DNA of 64,000 nt from Raillietiella orientalis. Its lineage: Eukaryota. This document shows positions 1-11,350 of the stretch, one piece after another. Position numbers and translations under genes: made by a program. The notes under the pieces were generated by a model that was not told the DNA's origin, searched no databases, and saw nothing but the letters and a program-made list of their open reading frames with translations. The stretch is taken from positions 248,001 to 312,000 of the forward strand of contig JAYWIR010000077.1 of the NCBI GenBank assembly GCA_036172245.1, given 5' to 3'. The first letter of the stretch is position 1; every line of letters begins with the position of its first letter.

Positions 1-57
1 TGGCTGCGTTCCAGAGCGATTGTATTTTGGTGTTTGTGGAGATTCAGTAGTTGGAAG

Positions 58-1130
58 ATGGCAGAAATGCCTGAATTCTCAACTAAAGAGTGTTTGGGAG
101 ACACCGGGAGGTCGTTTCTTGTTCCTATGAAGTTGGAGGCATCCGCTCACGAGACATCATCCCCGCGCCGGCTGTAAGGGATTACAGCGCCGTGATCGCC
201 GCGCCATCTGCAGTGGCGATGACCGAGAGTGAAACCTACAAGACCCATGGTTATAATTCCAGCTTACTTTATAAGGTAGGTAGGGTGTTCAACGACCGCA
301 TTGTGTGCTCCTCCCAGAAGGAACTGAGCAGACTGAACGTGTGCGAGGAAGAGCTAACGGGACTCTCAATCAGAAGCGGGAGAGTAGCATGTCGAGCAAA
401 CCTGCAAAGGAGCAGACTTAGCACAAAGGCTGCTTCGAACCCCCGTAAAGATCGAAGACCTCCAGCTCTCCCCGTACTGGAGGATAACTCCATCTTTATC
501 CACCTAAAGGGCATGACGCCACGAATCCGCAAAGCACCGTTCCTAGCGAGCTGTCCAGATTCGCCACCGTCCACGCGCTGTGGGCGAAGCCCAACAGATT
601 TCGCACTTCCGACGGACTCTTCAGCAGGCTCGCTGCTGCAGGTATCCCAGTGGCCATGGACACAGGGATTTCCCGTAAACTGGTGGTCGGCGGAGAACCC
701 ATCGACCTCTGGTACTTGAGGAAGTCCAAGTACTGCGACAACTGTGATGCCACGGAGCACGTGGAGAAACGGTGTCCCAACATTAGATGCCACAAATGCG
801 ACACCAAGAAACACGGAGGAAGTGTGCCTTCAAAAGGTTCAGCGTGTTCCGGCTGTTGTGAGCAGCAAATCGAGCGCAGCAGCCCTAAAGCCTGGTATAC
901 CCAGGCCAAAGAACATTGAAAAGACTGATCTTAAGCCAGCCAAAAAGGCCACGCTGATCACTTTGCTTGTGGAAACACAGGCAGACGAAGTGGGAGGAGA
1001 GCAGCCTGACTGGCAAAAGGTCAGCCATAAAAGAAAAAGCAGAAGGAATATTTCTAAAAAATTCGCGAAAACTGCGATTCTGGAGAAAATTGAAACCTGC
1101 ACGGTCGAACTGCAGCGCATTCCCGTCGCT
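58..1130 (+). mobile_element. Decayed ORF1 (gag-like, tandem CCHC zinc knuckles) of an L1/Tx1-like non-LTR retrotransposon, copy A
   Basis: Frameshifted translation contains CDNCDATEHVEKRC-PNIR-CHKCDTKKH (two knuckles), then WQKVSHKRKSRR. The N-terminal block YNSSLLYKVG..KELSRLNVCEEEL aligns by eye with copies at 2370 and 8080. Confidence 0.7.
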
Positions 1131-1199
1131 GCGAAGCCGTGCGGAAAGGGCGTTGCCGAGTGCAATAACGCCTGTGCAAACGAGAGATGGACGTGTGCT

Positions 1200-3353
1200 T
1201 CTCTCGCTTCCCAGTTGACGGTTCTTTTTTCTTTTGTGAGTGTGGTGTGTGGATTCGGTGGTGCATAGGGCAGTCATGCCTGATACCACCACCAACGAAG
1301 GCCAGCAACGAACGCTAGGAACAGCAACGAAGAGGTACAGTGGGAAGTGTCCTGCCTCATTGGAGTCAGGAAAAAACTTTTAAAGGACTGAACAACTCGG
1401 CAAATTGAGGACGCTGCGATCCCGAGTGTCCTGTCTAAAGGACCTCTGCTCTGGGGCGCTGCTCTTAATAACTCGAGAAAAGTCGAAGTGGCCCTCAGAG
1501 TCGTGGGGTAGTGGCATCCTCCCCCTGGAGTGGCAAGAGACGGCGTTGCTGTTGCATTGGGGAATCCCATGCAGAGCACGCCTCTCTCCCTGGACACTTG
1601 GTTGCGTGGATGCCCATTGTGCAGAATGCAGCGAAAGGAAAAGCTTCCCGCATCTCATAACAGACTGTGTCGACCTCCGTGCTCATTGAGATCGGCTGTC
1701 CTTGATCCTCAAAATCTCAGCAGGCGACCCCAAAAACATTTTCCGGCGCCTCTTGATACGTGAAGCCCTACCCCCCGCCTCGTCTCTAGCAGTTCTCTGC
1801 TGCGTACGCGAAATCGTGAATCACAAGGTGGAATGCGAAAAGAGGCGAAAACAGCAGGGACGCCATCTACTGGACGGAAATCCTCTTGAAGACCGCTTCT
1901 CGATGGCTCCAACTAAGACTTTTAAAAATAGCACTTGTCAGCAACCGGAACAGGATGCAGAGGACGACTCCAGGAGATTAGTGATCCCTTCTCTGCCCTT
2001 CCCTCCCCCAGAAAACATTCCCCTCCCTTTTTTTTCTTTATTTTTTTTGACCTTTTTTTTTTCTGTGGTTTCTCCCGCCGTCGACGATGGGGACCTCAGC
2101 GGTCTGCGTACCGGTTTTTGGCAAGTCGGCTACGCGTGATAGAACCAAGTGTTCTACCACGATATGAAAAAAATTTTGCGACTTCATTATCAAATTTTAA
2201 TAATAAATTCCTCGGCCAATCCGGATGACAAACGAAGACCAGGAGACAATGTTCTCATTGCCCCCAGAGGCAATGAAAGTATGGACATTCGCCCTCAGAA
2301 TCGTCCCCTGCGCAAGCGAGGGCTTGGAATGCCATGGCCAAGGCGCTTACGTCTGCGACCATGGCTCAAATGAGAGCCTACCTGGAAGAGGGGTACAACC
2401 CACCCCTCCTATATAAGGAAGGAAATTCGTATTCTCGCGAGAAAGCGCGCGCACCTTCTCGCATGCAGTGCGCGCTCTCGACGTCCAAACGGAGGAGCTT
2501 CGGACCATGTCCATCCTAAGCGGAGGTCAATTCTTAGAAGTCATCTGCAAGGAAACTACCTTAGCGCAAAGACTTCTCAGAACCCCCATCGCGATGGGAA
2601 GCTGGAAGCTCCTCCCAGTCACGGAAAACCGCTCGGTGGTCGTTCACTTGACTGGCATTACGCTGTGGATGACCTAGGAGGCCGTACGCGAATTGCAGAA
2701 AGTCGCAACGGTGCACGCACTGTGGGCAAAGCCCACTCCCTTCGTAGAGTTCGAGGGACTTCTCTGCGGTCTGGAGGCAGCGTGAGTCACTGTCCGCGAG
2801 GGCTGCGGGTTGTTCCAGAAATTACAGGTCGCCGGGGGAACCGGTGGACCCATGGTACGTGGGGAAACTCAAGTGCTGCGGTTCCTGCAAATCCTCGAGC
2901 CACTTCAAAAAGAGATGCTTGAGTGTGCAGTGCCAACAGTGCAAAACCACGGGGCACACCCGTCAGGTGTGCCCCCAAAATACAGTCCGCATCGGGTCTG
3001 CCAGAAATGGCAAACAGTGCGGGGCGAAAGTCTCCGCGAAAGACGCGACCTCCACTCCAACGGCCAAGGCCACCTCCGAGACTCCGGCGGAAAATCCCGG
3101 GAACGTCGAGGACAACGGCAGACTGAACAACCTGCCTTGGTGGCAGGTTGTTCAGTCTAAAAGAAAAAATAAGCAACGGACACAGAAAGAACAAAAAGAA
3201 GTGTCGAAGCGCAGCGAGAAAACGCTACGAAGAGACAAAGCCAAAAACTGCCGCGTGATCGTTTCTTACCCCGTTGCAATCAGCTTGCGAACGGACCTTG
3301 TTCCGGATGCTTATTCGAAAACAAAGTTCTGGCAACAAAGTTCCCAGGTATAG
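1200..3353 (+). mobile_element. L1/Tx1-like element copy B: T/GT-rich leader plus decayed ORF1, interrupted by an insertion at about 1306-2227
   Basis: Leader then ATG at 1276 (MPDTTTNEGQ) resumes at 2228 (TNEDQETMFSLPPEAMK). Later MRAYLEEGYNPPLLYK, CGSCKSSSHFKKRC-LSVQ-CQQCKTTGHTRQVC and WQVVQSKRK. Confidence 0.7.
1306..2227 (+). mobile_element. 5'-truncated LINE copy (ORF2 C-terminal zinc finger plus 3' UTR) nested in copy B
   Basis: WQETALLLHWGIPCRARL...CAECSERKSFPHLITDC (zf-RVT-like), then a pyrimidine-rich UTR ending AAATTTTAATAATAAATTCCTCGGCCAATCCGG. Clear nucleotide homology to the reverse complement of 5261-6185. Confidence 0.75.
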
Positions 3354-4880
3354 GGACCAGAAGTTCAAGGGGAGGGCTCCTCGACAAGCAGGTCGGGCAT
3401 ACTGAAAGTCCGGAACGGGAGAGATGGGCCAATAAATAAATACAAACAGATATGGGGGGGGGGGGGGTAGGGGACAGAAGTCTTTGGCTTTGGCTATTCC
3501 TTCTTCTCAGAACCGGCTCTGAATATCGGAGATCTCCTTCCTGACTTCTTTGCTGATGTGAGGCCACCTGGAAGCCACCCTCATGTTGCACACTGCAGTC
3601 CAGGTGCCCTTTGTTGGGGCCACTCACAACTGCAGCACGTGGCGGGCCATGACGATGGCGCGGATGCAACTGGTCGTTGCAATGACGTGCTGGTGAGAGG
3701 CCGCCGCACGTGAAGAAGCGGCGCATCAAGTCCATTGCAGTGTCTCCCGGATGCAGGAGATCTGAACAGCCTCCGCTGCAGTCCTCGGAGGGCACCGCAG
3801 TCAAAGAGCAGGTGCGGAAGCGATTCCACTGCTCCGCACCTCTCACATTTCTGGGACGCAAATTCCCCGGAAACTAGGTTCGCAGGCTGATTGCAATGGA
3901 AGACCCAATGCACCAGCAGAAGCACGTCCTGTTTCGATGGAAGGGGGAACGCAAAAGTGTCCACGCACGAGGGGGGAGGGACCATAAGTTCTTTGGGGGC
4001 ACACGAAACAGCTCGCTCCATCGAAGGAGTCCCTTCGCACAATTACGAGTGACAGCGTCTGCCAGCTCGCTTGTCTTCCAGCCTCTCAGCGGCCTTGTTT
4101 CTGTAGCAAGCGTGCAGGAGTCGTTCCACCCAGCCTATAGGCAACTGTCATCGCTTACCCTAAGGGCAGACAGCACTGAGGCAAGGAGCGTGGCGTCCAG
4201 GAGAGTCTACTTGTGCTGGTCCTGCAACACATCCTCCACCGGACAGTATGGGGAGAGGTGCACGCAACGGAGTTTTACAAGGGGTACTTCCTGATGCGTT
4301 GCCCAGGGCGATAGCGTCTCCTGCCACCACCCATTAAAGTTCGTCGGACGACAGGAGATCCACGAATGCGCTTCCAGGAGCGAGGCAAGATGCCTCGGTG
4401 GGAAGTCGAAACCTCTCATGGCGAGCTGAGAGTGCAGCAGCAACAAAAACAGTCCATCTCCGCAAGTGCAGCGCCATAGCAGCAGGCGCGCGGGAGCACA
4501 CCAAGGAGTCGTCCAAAGTTTGTCACAAAGTGCCAGCATCCGGAATTGCACTTGCAGCCCGATCCTGTCCAGAGTCAGGATGCCCAAGCCGCATCCCAAC
4601 GCAGAGCCTCCAAGTCTTTAATACATATCCTGTACCTCGTAGGTCTCCACAGAGCGTTTCTCTACAGGTGTTGAGCAAGGAGCTTGGCCGAGTAGGGGGC
4701 GGACATACTAAAAAGAGGGATCAGAGGAGGAAGCAACAAAGGTGTTCCACACAGAGGCTCTCTTCGGCAAGACGAACTTGTCACCTTGAAACGGGCCTAG
4801 AGCCATCTCTGTCTTTCGAGGAGTCGGACGTGTTTTTCGTTCGCTCCGCGAAAGGGAAAGGGCTTGTTTTTCCGAGTCTC
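3350..4880 (-). mobile_element. Decayed 3' part of a LINE ORF2 plus 3' UTR (related subfamily)
   Basis: Minus-strand CERCGAVESLPHLLFDC zinc finger. LCDKLWTTPWCAPARLL matches AKLWTTPGCEPARLL in the 5261-8080 copy. Poly-C tract in the UTR (G run at 3454-3467). Confidence 0.7.
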
Positions 4881-4899
4881 TGACCCGTATGAACTGCGC

Positions 4900-7800
4900 T
4901 AGGAAGGGTCGTTGACCCGCAAGTGTGCCGCATCTTTCAGGTGCATATTTTTTTTGAATTTTTTTTGTTTCTGGTGTGGTTGTGTGATGGCTAGTGTGGT
5001 TTGCCGGCATGGGTAAGAAGCCAACGTCAGCAAAGAACCCTTTTGCCACCGCACCGGAGGCAAAGAAGGCCTCTTCGCAAAAGGTAAGCTAGGAAAGCTG
5101 CAGCACGAAGAACGGGGAAATCTTCTTTCCCTCTCCACGCTTGTGTAGCGATGTCGCCGCGGCAGCGGTGGCCTACGGAGGACCTTCGGCGGATACGGAA
5201 ATGCGGGCATATATAGCCCAAGTCTATAATCTAGCAATTCGCTACAAGGGAAGTTATTACCCGGATATACCGGGGCATTTATTATTAAAATTTTGTACAC
5301 AAAAATTCCATAATGAAGTCGTCAGAATGTTTTCGTGGTGGAACACTAGGTGTTACCACGCTCGGGAGACTTGCCATCAACAGAAACAGACCGGTGAGGT
5401 CCTCCGACGGCGAAGGGGAAGGGAAAAACAAAACACAAATAAAAAAAAAGAATTGAAAAAGGAGGAGGGGGGAATGTTTTTAGGGGAAGGGGAGGAAGGG
5501 AACAGATCACTGTTCGCCTGGATCGGTTCTCGGCATCCTGTTCAGGATGCTGACAAGTGCTCAAGTTATTCCTGTGGGGCCATCTTGACGTGGTCTCCGA
5601 AAAGATCGTTGTCCACTTCATGGCATCCCTGCCGTTTTGCCCTTTTCTTTTGGCGTTCCACCTTGCCACGATTCCGCGAACACAGCAGAGAACTGCTAGA
5701 GACGCGGCGGGGGGTAGGGCATCACGCCTGAAGAGGCGCCAGAAAATGTCTTTTGGGTCGCCTACTGGAATACTGAGGATAGAGAGAGTCGATCCCAAAG
5801 TTCACCAAGGGCGACACACTCTACTAGTAGATGCGGGAAGGTCTCCCTTTCACCGCACTCTGCACAACTGGAATCCCCACTCTCTAGTGTCCAGTGCGAG
5901 AGGCGTGCTCTGCATAGGATTCCCCAATGCAAGAATAGGAACGCCGTCTCTTGCCACTTCATGGGAAGGGTGCCACTGTTTTAACACTCTGAGGTCCACT
6001 TCACCTCCTCCGGAGGTATACCAAGCAGCTCGTCCCAGCGCATGAGTCCTTTAGACGCGACACTCGGGGTCGCAGCGTCCACTAGCTGCCGAGTTGTCCA
6101 CGCCGTCCACTGTAACAGTTTTTTCCTGCCTCCGATGAGTCAGGACACTTCCCATGATGCTCGCTTGTTGCTGTCCCTAGCGTTCCTGAGAAAGGGCAGC
6201 ACGGGGGCAAGGGGGATAAGAGAAGCCCACAGCAACTTGCATGGGGAGTTGATAATCTCCTTTAGAGACTGTCGAACGTATCTTCCTCGTCGGAGACAGG
6301 AATATTCCGTCTCGCTCGAGCCGTTGATCTTGACCCACGCGCAAACTGACTCCTGAAGTCAGGCAGTACAGCTGGCGGGAAGCAGGAGATCCATGTGTTG
6401 CCATCCTCATCAGAGCTACCATCTGGCGCAGCTGATGGCCACAATAGTCCAGGCTGCGTTCGTACGCCACGAGGATCGAAGACAATCCTCCGCAGTTGGT
6501 CGCTCTGCTGGCGAGGAGTCGTGCGGGTTCGCACCCTGGCGTTGTCCACAACTTCGCCACAAGAACGAGTCTTTGGAATTCGAGCTGTCGCTAGATGAGC
6601 TCCAGCGTAAGGAGGCCCAATCCACCATCCCTGCGTGGAACGCACAAGTCTTTGAATCGGATACGGGACCTCGCTGTGTTCCACAGGGCTTTCCTCAGGA
6701 GGTCCTCGATCCGTATTTTTATTACATGTGGGGCAGGGAAAACAAAAAGTAGGGAGCGAAGGAAAAGGGCCGCGAACGCGTTTCACACCGTGGTCCGTTC
6801 CTGCAAGTAAAACTTGCCGTTCTGAAACCGATCGCCAACTACACCTTTTGGTGACGGTCGGACCAGACTTCTGCTACGCAGAAGTCCCCCAACGGAACGC
6901 CAAGGTATTTGACGTACCTGCCCGTGGAGATTTCCGAGCGGATCCAGTCCGGCCAACGCCGCACCCATTGCCACGATGGACGACTTCTCCCTGTTCACCT
7001 CAAGGCTCGTCCCGCGGCGTAGCAACTCAAAGAAGCCTTCGAGCGCCCAAGCCGGGATGCACCCGGGGAGCAGCAGCAGCAGGTCATCGGCACAGACCCA
7101 CAACACGGCAGGCGTGCCAAGGCGTGAGCTCGCCAGGGTTACCAGAGTCTCCTTGTATGCTCACGGCACCAACTCACAGGGGATGCTGAAGAGCAGGCGG
7201 CTCAGGCTGTCACCCTGCCTTATGCCACGCCGAACCGGCATGCCGTAAACGTGTTGGCCGCTGAAACAAATATGTATGAGCGCGAAGCGCCAGCAGGAGC
7301 GCAGATAGGCCTGAAAGACTGCCGGGAATCTCATGCGTTCCAGGAGTCCTAGAAGTTCCTGATCGAAGCAGTGGAATGCTTTACACAAATCGACCGCGAA
7401 TGCAAGGGCTCCGGACGTGGCTCTTCCTCCTTGGCCTTCCTCTCTCTGGTCAGAGGAAACGCGAGGATCCTCTTGACCTGTCTGACCTTCGCGCTGTAGC
7501 GGCTGCCACCATGGTTCTTTCGGGAAAAGCGTAGGTCTGTTCCGTACTGACCACGGATTCTGCCAGCCGTCCAGGTCGCTCAGTTGGGTCGCTATAATTT
7601 GGCAAGCGAATTCGCGTCTGCATTCAGTAGAGTGATGGGCCACCAGTTGCCTACGTTGCGAAAGTCTCCTCCTTCCGGAAGGAGACGTGCTTTAGCTGAC
7701 CGGAACGAGTTGGGAACGTCCCCTCGTTTGCGGATCAGCATGCCTAGTTCGAGCACCAGGGGGACCAGCTCTGCCGCGAAGCATTGGTAAAACTCCGCGG

Positions 7801-9490
7801 GCAGGCGGCCTTCCCCTGGTGCCTTCCGTTTTTAAGCTTTCCGATGGCAGAGACGATCTCCACTATCGAGAAAGGCTCCTGGAGGTGGTTCCGATCCTCT
7901 TTCCCCAACGCGGGGGTGCCCTCTGGCAGCAATCGCTGCGCAAAGGAGCAAAGGTGCTGCTCTCGCATGAAGGGAGAGCAATGCAGCATTCGTCCATGTT
8001 CACAGCTCTCCAAAAAAGCATCTTTGCATTGTTGCAGGCCAGTATCATCTAGCCAGCGTATGAATAAATATTATTCACCTTCCCTACAAGGTAAGTCATT
8101 TACCTATCAGGGAGGCAATCCGCGAACTCTACAGCGAGCTCTCAAGGGTAGGGATACGCGAGGGAGACTTAGAGTCCCTCATACTGCTTGCAAAAACGAA
8201 GGCTGGGACTTGGTCTGCAGAGCTCACCCGGCGTATTTTTCGAACGTCATTTAGGATCGGGAAACGAAGGGAGAATCAGTCTTTCGCTCTTCACTTGTCG
8301 GGCGTGTCCGACGACGAGGAGACTCGGCGCTGGCGGATCACGCCACCATGCACGCCCTGTGGCGGAAAGGAAAACCTTTGAAGAGTTTCAAATCTGTGTG
8401 CAGTGGGCTTGCTGCGGTGCGCGTTTCCGCTGAGAGGGAAAAAGTTCCCCGTAAAGTAAAAATGGGCGGAAGAAACGTCGAACTCTGGTTTGTGGGGAAC
8501 TCGAAAGTTTGCGGCGAGTGCAGAGAAGCGGGACACCTCGAGAGGAGATGTCCGAAGATTGAGTGCCGTGGCTGCAAGCAACTTGGGCACGTTAGGCGGG
8601 TATGCCCTGCAAACGCAGCAGAGGCTAATTGACCAAATCAGAGACAGCCCCTGACTAGCGACGCGACCTCCGCGGAAAAAGGTGCCGCTTGGGAGGAAAG
8701 GCTTACCCCTGGAAAGAACTCTGTAGAAGACGTTGTTTGGACAGCAATGAGAAGGAAGGCGAAGAGAGTGCGTGGACGCGAGCACCTTCAAGTGTGCATG
8801 GAGGAACGTACTGCGTACGCCAAAAACGCGCCAAACACGTCCCGCTCAAGCGAAGAACAGGTGGCGCGTCGTTCTGCACGGCTTTTGCGGAAAAGCGCAG
8901 TCGTCCTCGAACGGTGTGGCGATGCTGTCCCTGCAGTTGCGTCCTGGAATTTTACAGAAGTAAGCGCAACTGAGCACGCGACTGCAAGGAGGCGTTTCTC
9001 ACGGCAACAGAGTGGAACATGAGAACTGCAAGGTGCTGACTCCGAGAAGCAGTTGGATTCCTCTGCCACCGCAGGTGATGCCCCATCCATCGTGCGAACG
9101 CGTAAGTCCAAGGAGGGTAGGCAGGCGTGAGGAGGTGGACAAAATGGAGCAGGAAGAGGGTATGGAAGTGGCCTCTCGCGACATCTCAAAGGAGGGTTGC
9201 AGAAGAGTGCCATCCAAGGGGGCACACGCACGAGTTCATGGACGACTTGCCTGCATTCCCTGTATGCATGCCCCTCCCACCAAGGGAGGAGGAGGGTCTA
9301 TCCCCATCATGCTCCCCGCCATGACGCCCAACCATGCTTCCTCTTGTCGTCTGCGATTCACCTGTTGGAATGTCAACGGGCTGCACGACGACCAGAAGAG
9401 ACGACCGATAGCGGAAACCCTGCCTCCTGCTGGCGCGCCGCGCTGGCAAAGATCTCTTTTAGCGGACAAAACGTGTACGGCGTGCCTTAA
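4900..9490 (+). mobile_element. L1/Tx1-like element copy D: leader, ORF1, APE endonuclease N-terminus and an RT fragment, interrupted by an antisense insertion at 5261-8080
   Basis: ATG 5009 (MGKKPTSAKNPFATAPEAKK...EMRAYIAQVYNLAIRYK) resumes near 8084 (YKVSHLPIREAIRELYSELSRVG). Knuckles CGECREAGHLERRC-PKIE-CRGCKQLGHVRRVC. RFTCWNVNGL (APE motif I) at about 9355, then SCWRAALAKISFSGQNVYGVP. Confidence 0.7.
5261..8080 (-). mobile_element. 5'-truncated LINE ORF2 (reverse transcriptase to zinc finger) plus 3' UTR, pseudogenised
   Basis: PFSIVEIVSAIGKLKNG, AVDLCKAF and VRRGIRQGDSLSRLLF (non-LTR RT motifs), and CAECGERETFPHLLVEC. Multiple frameshifts. Confidence 0.85.
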
Positions 9491-10149
9491 CTGTAGGAAT
9501 GTGATCGGTCGCTATTGCGTGAAGCAATATTTTCACTGTGTCATGCTCTTTGCATCCCTTTTCATCTTACCTATCAGTTTTTAGGAACTTTGGTGCCAGA
9601 CATCAGAGTTATTCAGAGAAGGAATTCATTGAGCTTTGCATTATTTATAATCTATTATCTAGCAGGTCGTTCACTCTGAACTGTTACACGTTGAGGGGGC
9701 GCATAATCAATATCTTACATTCTGGAAACGATGCAAGAAATTACTCGCCCTGCTTCTTAGAATGAACCATCTCATCAGTCAGAAACAGGGATTTTTTCTT
9801 TTCAGGTTACGCGAGCTTACACAACGCAGTGAGCTATACCTTGATGTCTTCTGTCTCGGACGCCTTGTAGCTGAAAGGCATGAAGCACATGTTTCCTTCA
9901 CCAAGATGCCTTTAATTTCCTTGACTGATACAAGAATTCCTCTGACTCCCTCAGATCTTTGGTCTCCTATAAGTGTCATAGAAATTTGATAGTCAATGAA
10001 TGCATCACATACCTAGTGAACATGGTCTCGCTCTTGCTCTTGGAAATCAAGAGGATCACGGTGCTGCACAGTGTTTCACAGTCTAGGGTATTATTTTTTT
10101 AATTTTTTTCTTATAAACATTATTGATACCCCTATTTGCCGTTTCAACC

Positions 10150-11350
10150 AACAGGTGTCTTTCCCATAGTTTAGTTATTCGGAAGCTAATCTCTTATACA
10201 TCGCTTTCTCAATCTCGCCAGGAACTTTCAGAACTAGTGTGGTGACCGCCACCATTCTCGATTATGGCTCTAATGATGATTACCACATGTTGACTCAGTA
10301 ACGGTCAACGTTACACCGACTTTACGTATCTTCTTGTCCGCGGCAGATATGACAACAGTGATTAACATCATCAGCACGACGAGATGCTAGTACTGAGAGA
10401 AGCAAACGATTGTCACATCTCTTGAGAGATATGGATATAGAGGTATGACTATGGATTAAATCCGTAATAGGTATCTGTAGGGATATTCAATCAGGTGAAA
10501 GTTCATAACTCCAATGTGACAGGCTGAGGTTTTTCTGGAACATTCGGAAAAGCCTCTGCTTTGTAGAAGGACTGTTCTGTATTTCAGGATATGCACATCT
10601 TTTCAAAAATTCTTCTTTCATTCCTAATGATGATAGAGGCACTATCACGCATTGCTTCCTTTCTACTAGCGAGATTTAGCAAATGACACTCCCGTTGGAT
10701 CCTGACCACCTAATGACGGCCAAAACATCCCCACTTGAAAGGTAGGAAAAGACTTTTCATTTTCACAAATGAAAGCGACTGTGATTCAGAAGCGAATGCC
10801 ACCACGAAATTCAATGTACTAATCTACTAACTGTGAAAAGGCTGCTCATTGCCGTTGAGATGAGGCATTTTGGGGGCACTAAAATTTTCCTTCTCGTGGT
10901 CCTCATAGACAGCGATTTATTTCATTAGATGCATCCTGGAAACTTTATTTCGCTGTTGTTTGCATCATCTGACAGCTAAAATATTGATTCGCATCGAAGC
11001 AGGGATCAAGTAGCCATCTAACAACGGAATTCGGTTTCTGATAGCCTTCAATACCGCCGCTTCCCTGCATAGTCCTGTACTCTCATCGTCAGAGACTTCA
11101 TGGTGCAGCTTTGATGGCCCTCTACGCGTAAACGAGCAAAAGAGCTCCCTTTGCTGTCCTTGCAAAAAAAGGCTCATCCGACTCATCCTTTCAGTTTCCA
11201 TCCTTCAAAATGCAGTCCTCCAGTGAAGTGGATTTCTTTCCACACGAACTGCCAGGGTATTAGGCTGCTAGGTTGCCAGTGGCTACATCCGCTGCCACTC
11301 CGAAAAGAATGGCCTCCTAAGCCGTTTTCCTACAACTTTCACAAATGAAA
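10150..11350 (-). mobile_element. Possible very old LINE ORF2 remnant
   Basis: Only faint, correctly ordered RT-like fragments across frames (SLIPWQ, KGALLL, LKAIRNRI). Not secure. Confidence 0.2.

Noticed and set aside
90..9584. The many overlapping 60-200 aa ORFs as independent genes
   Set aside because: They are alternative-frame or antisense products of GC-rich decayed LINEs; recognisable motifs jump between frames.
9900..10090. Small minus-strand spliced exons (CETLCSTVILLISKSK..)
   Set aside because: No recognisable protein and no supportable upstream exons.
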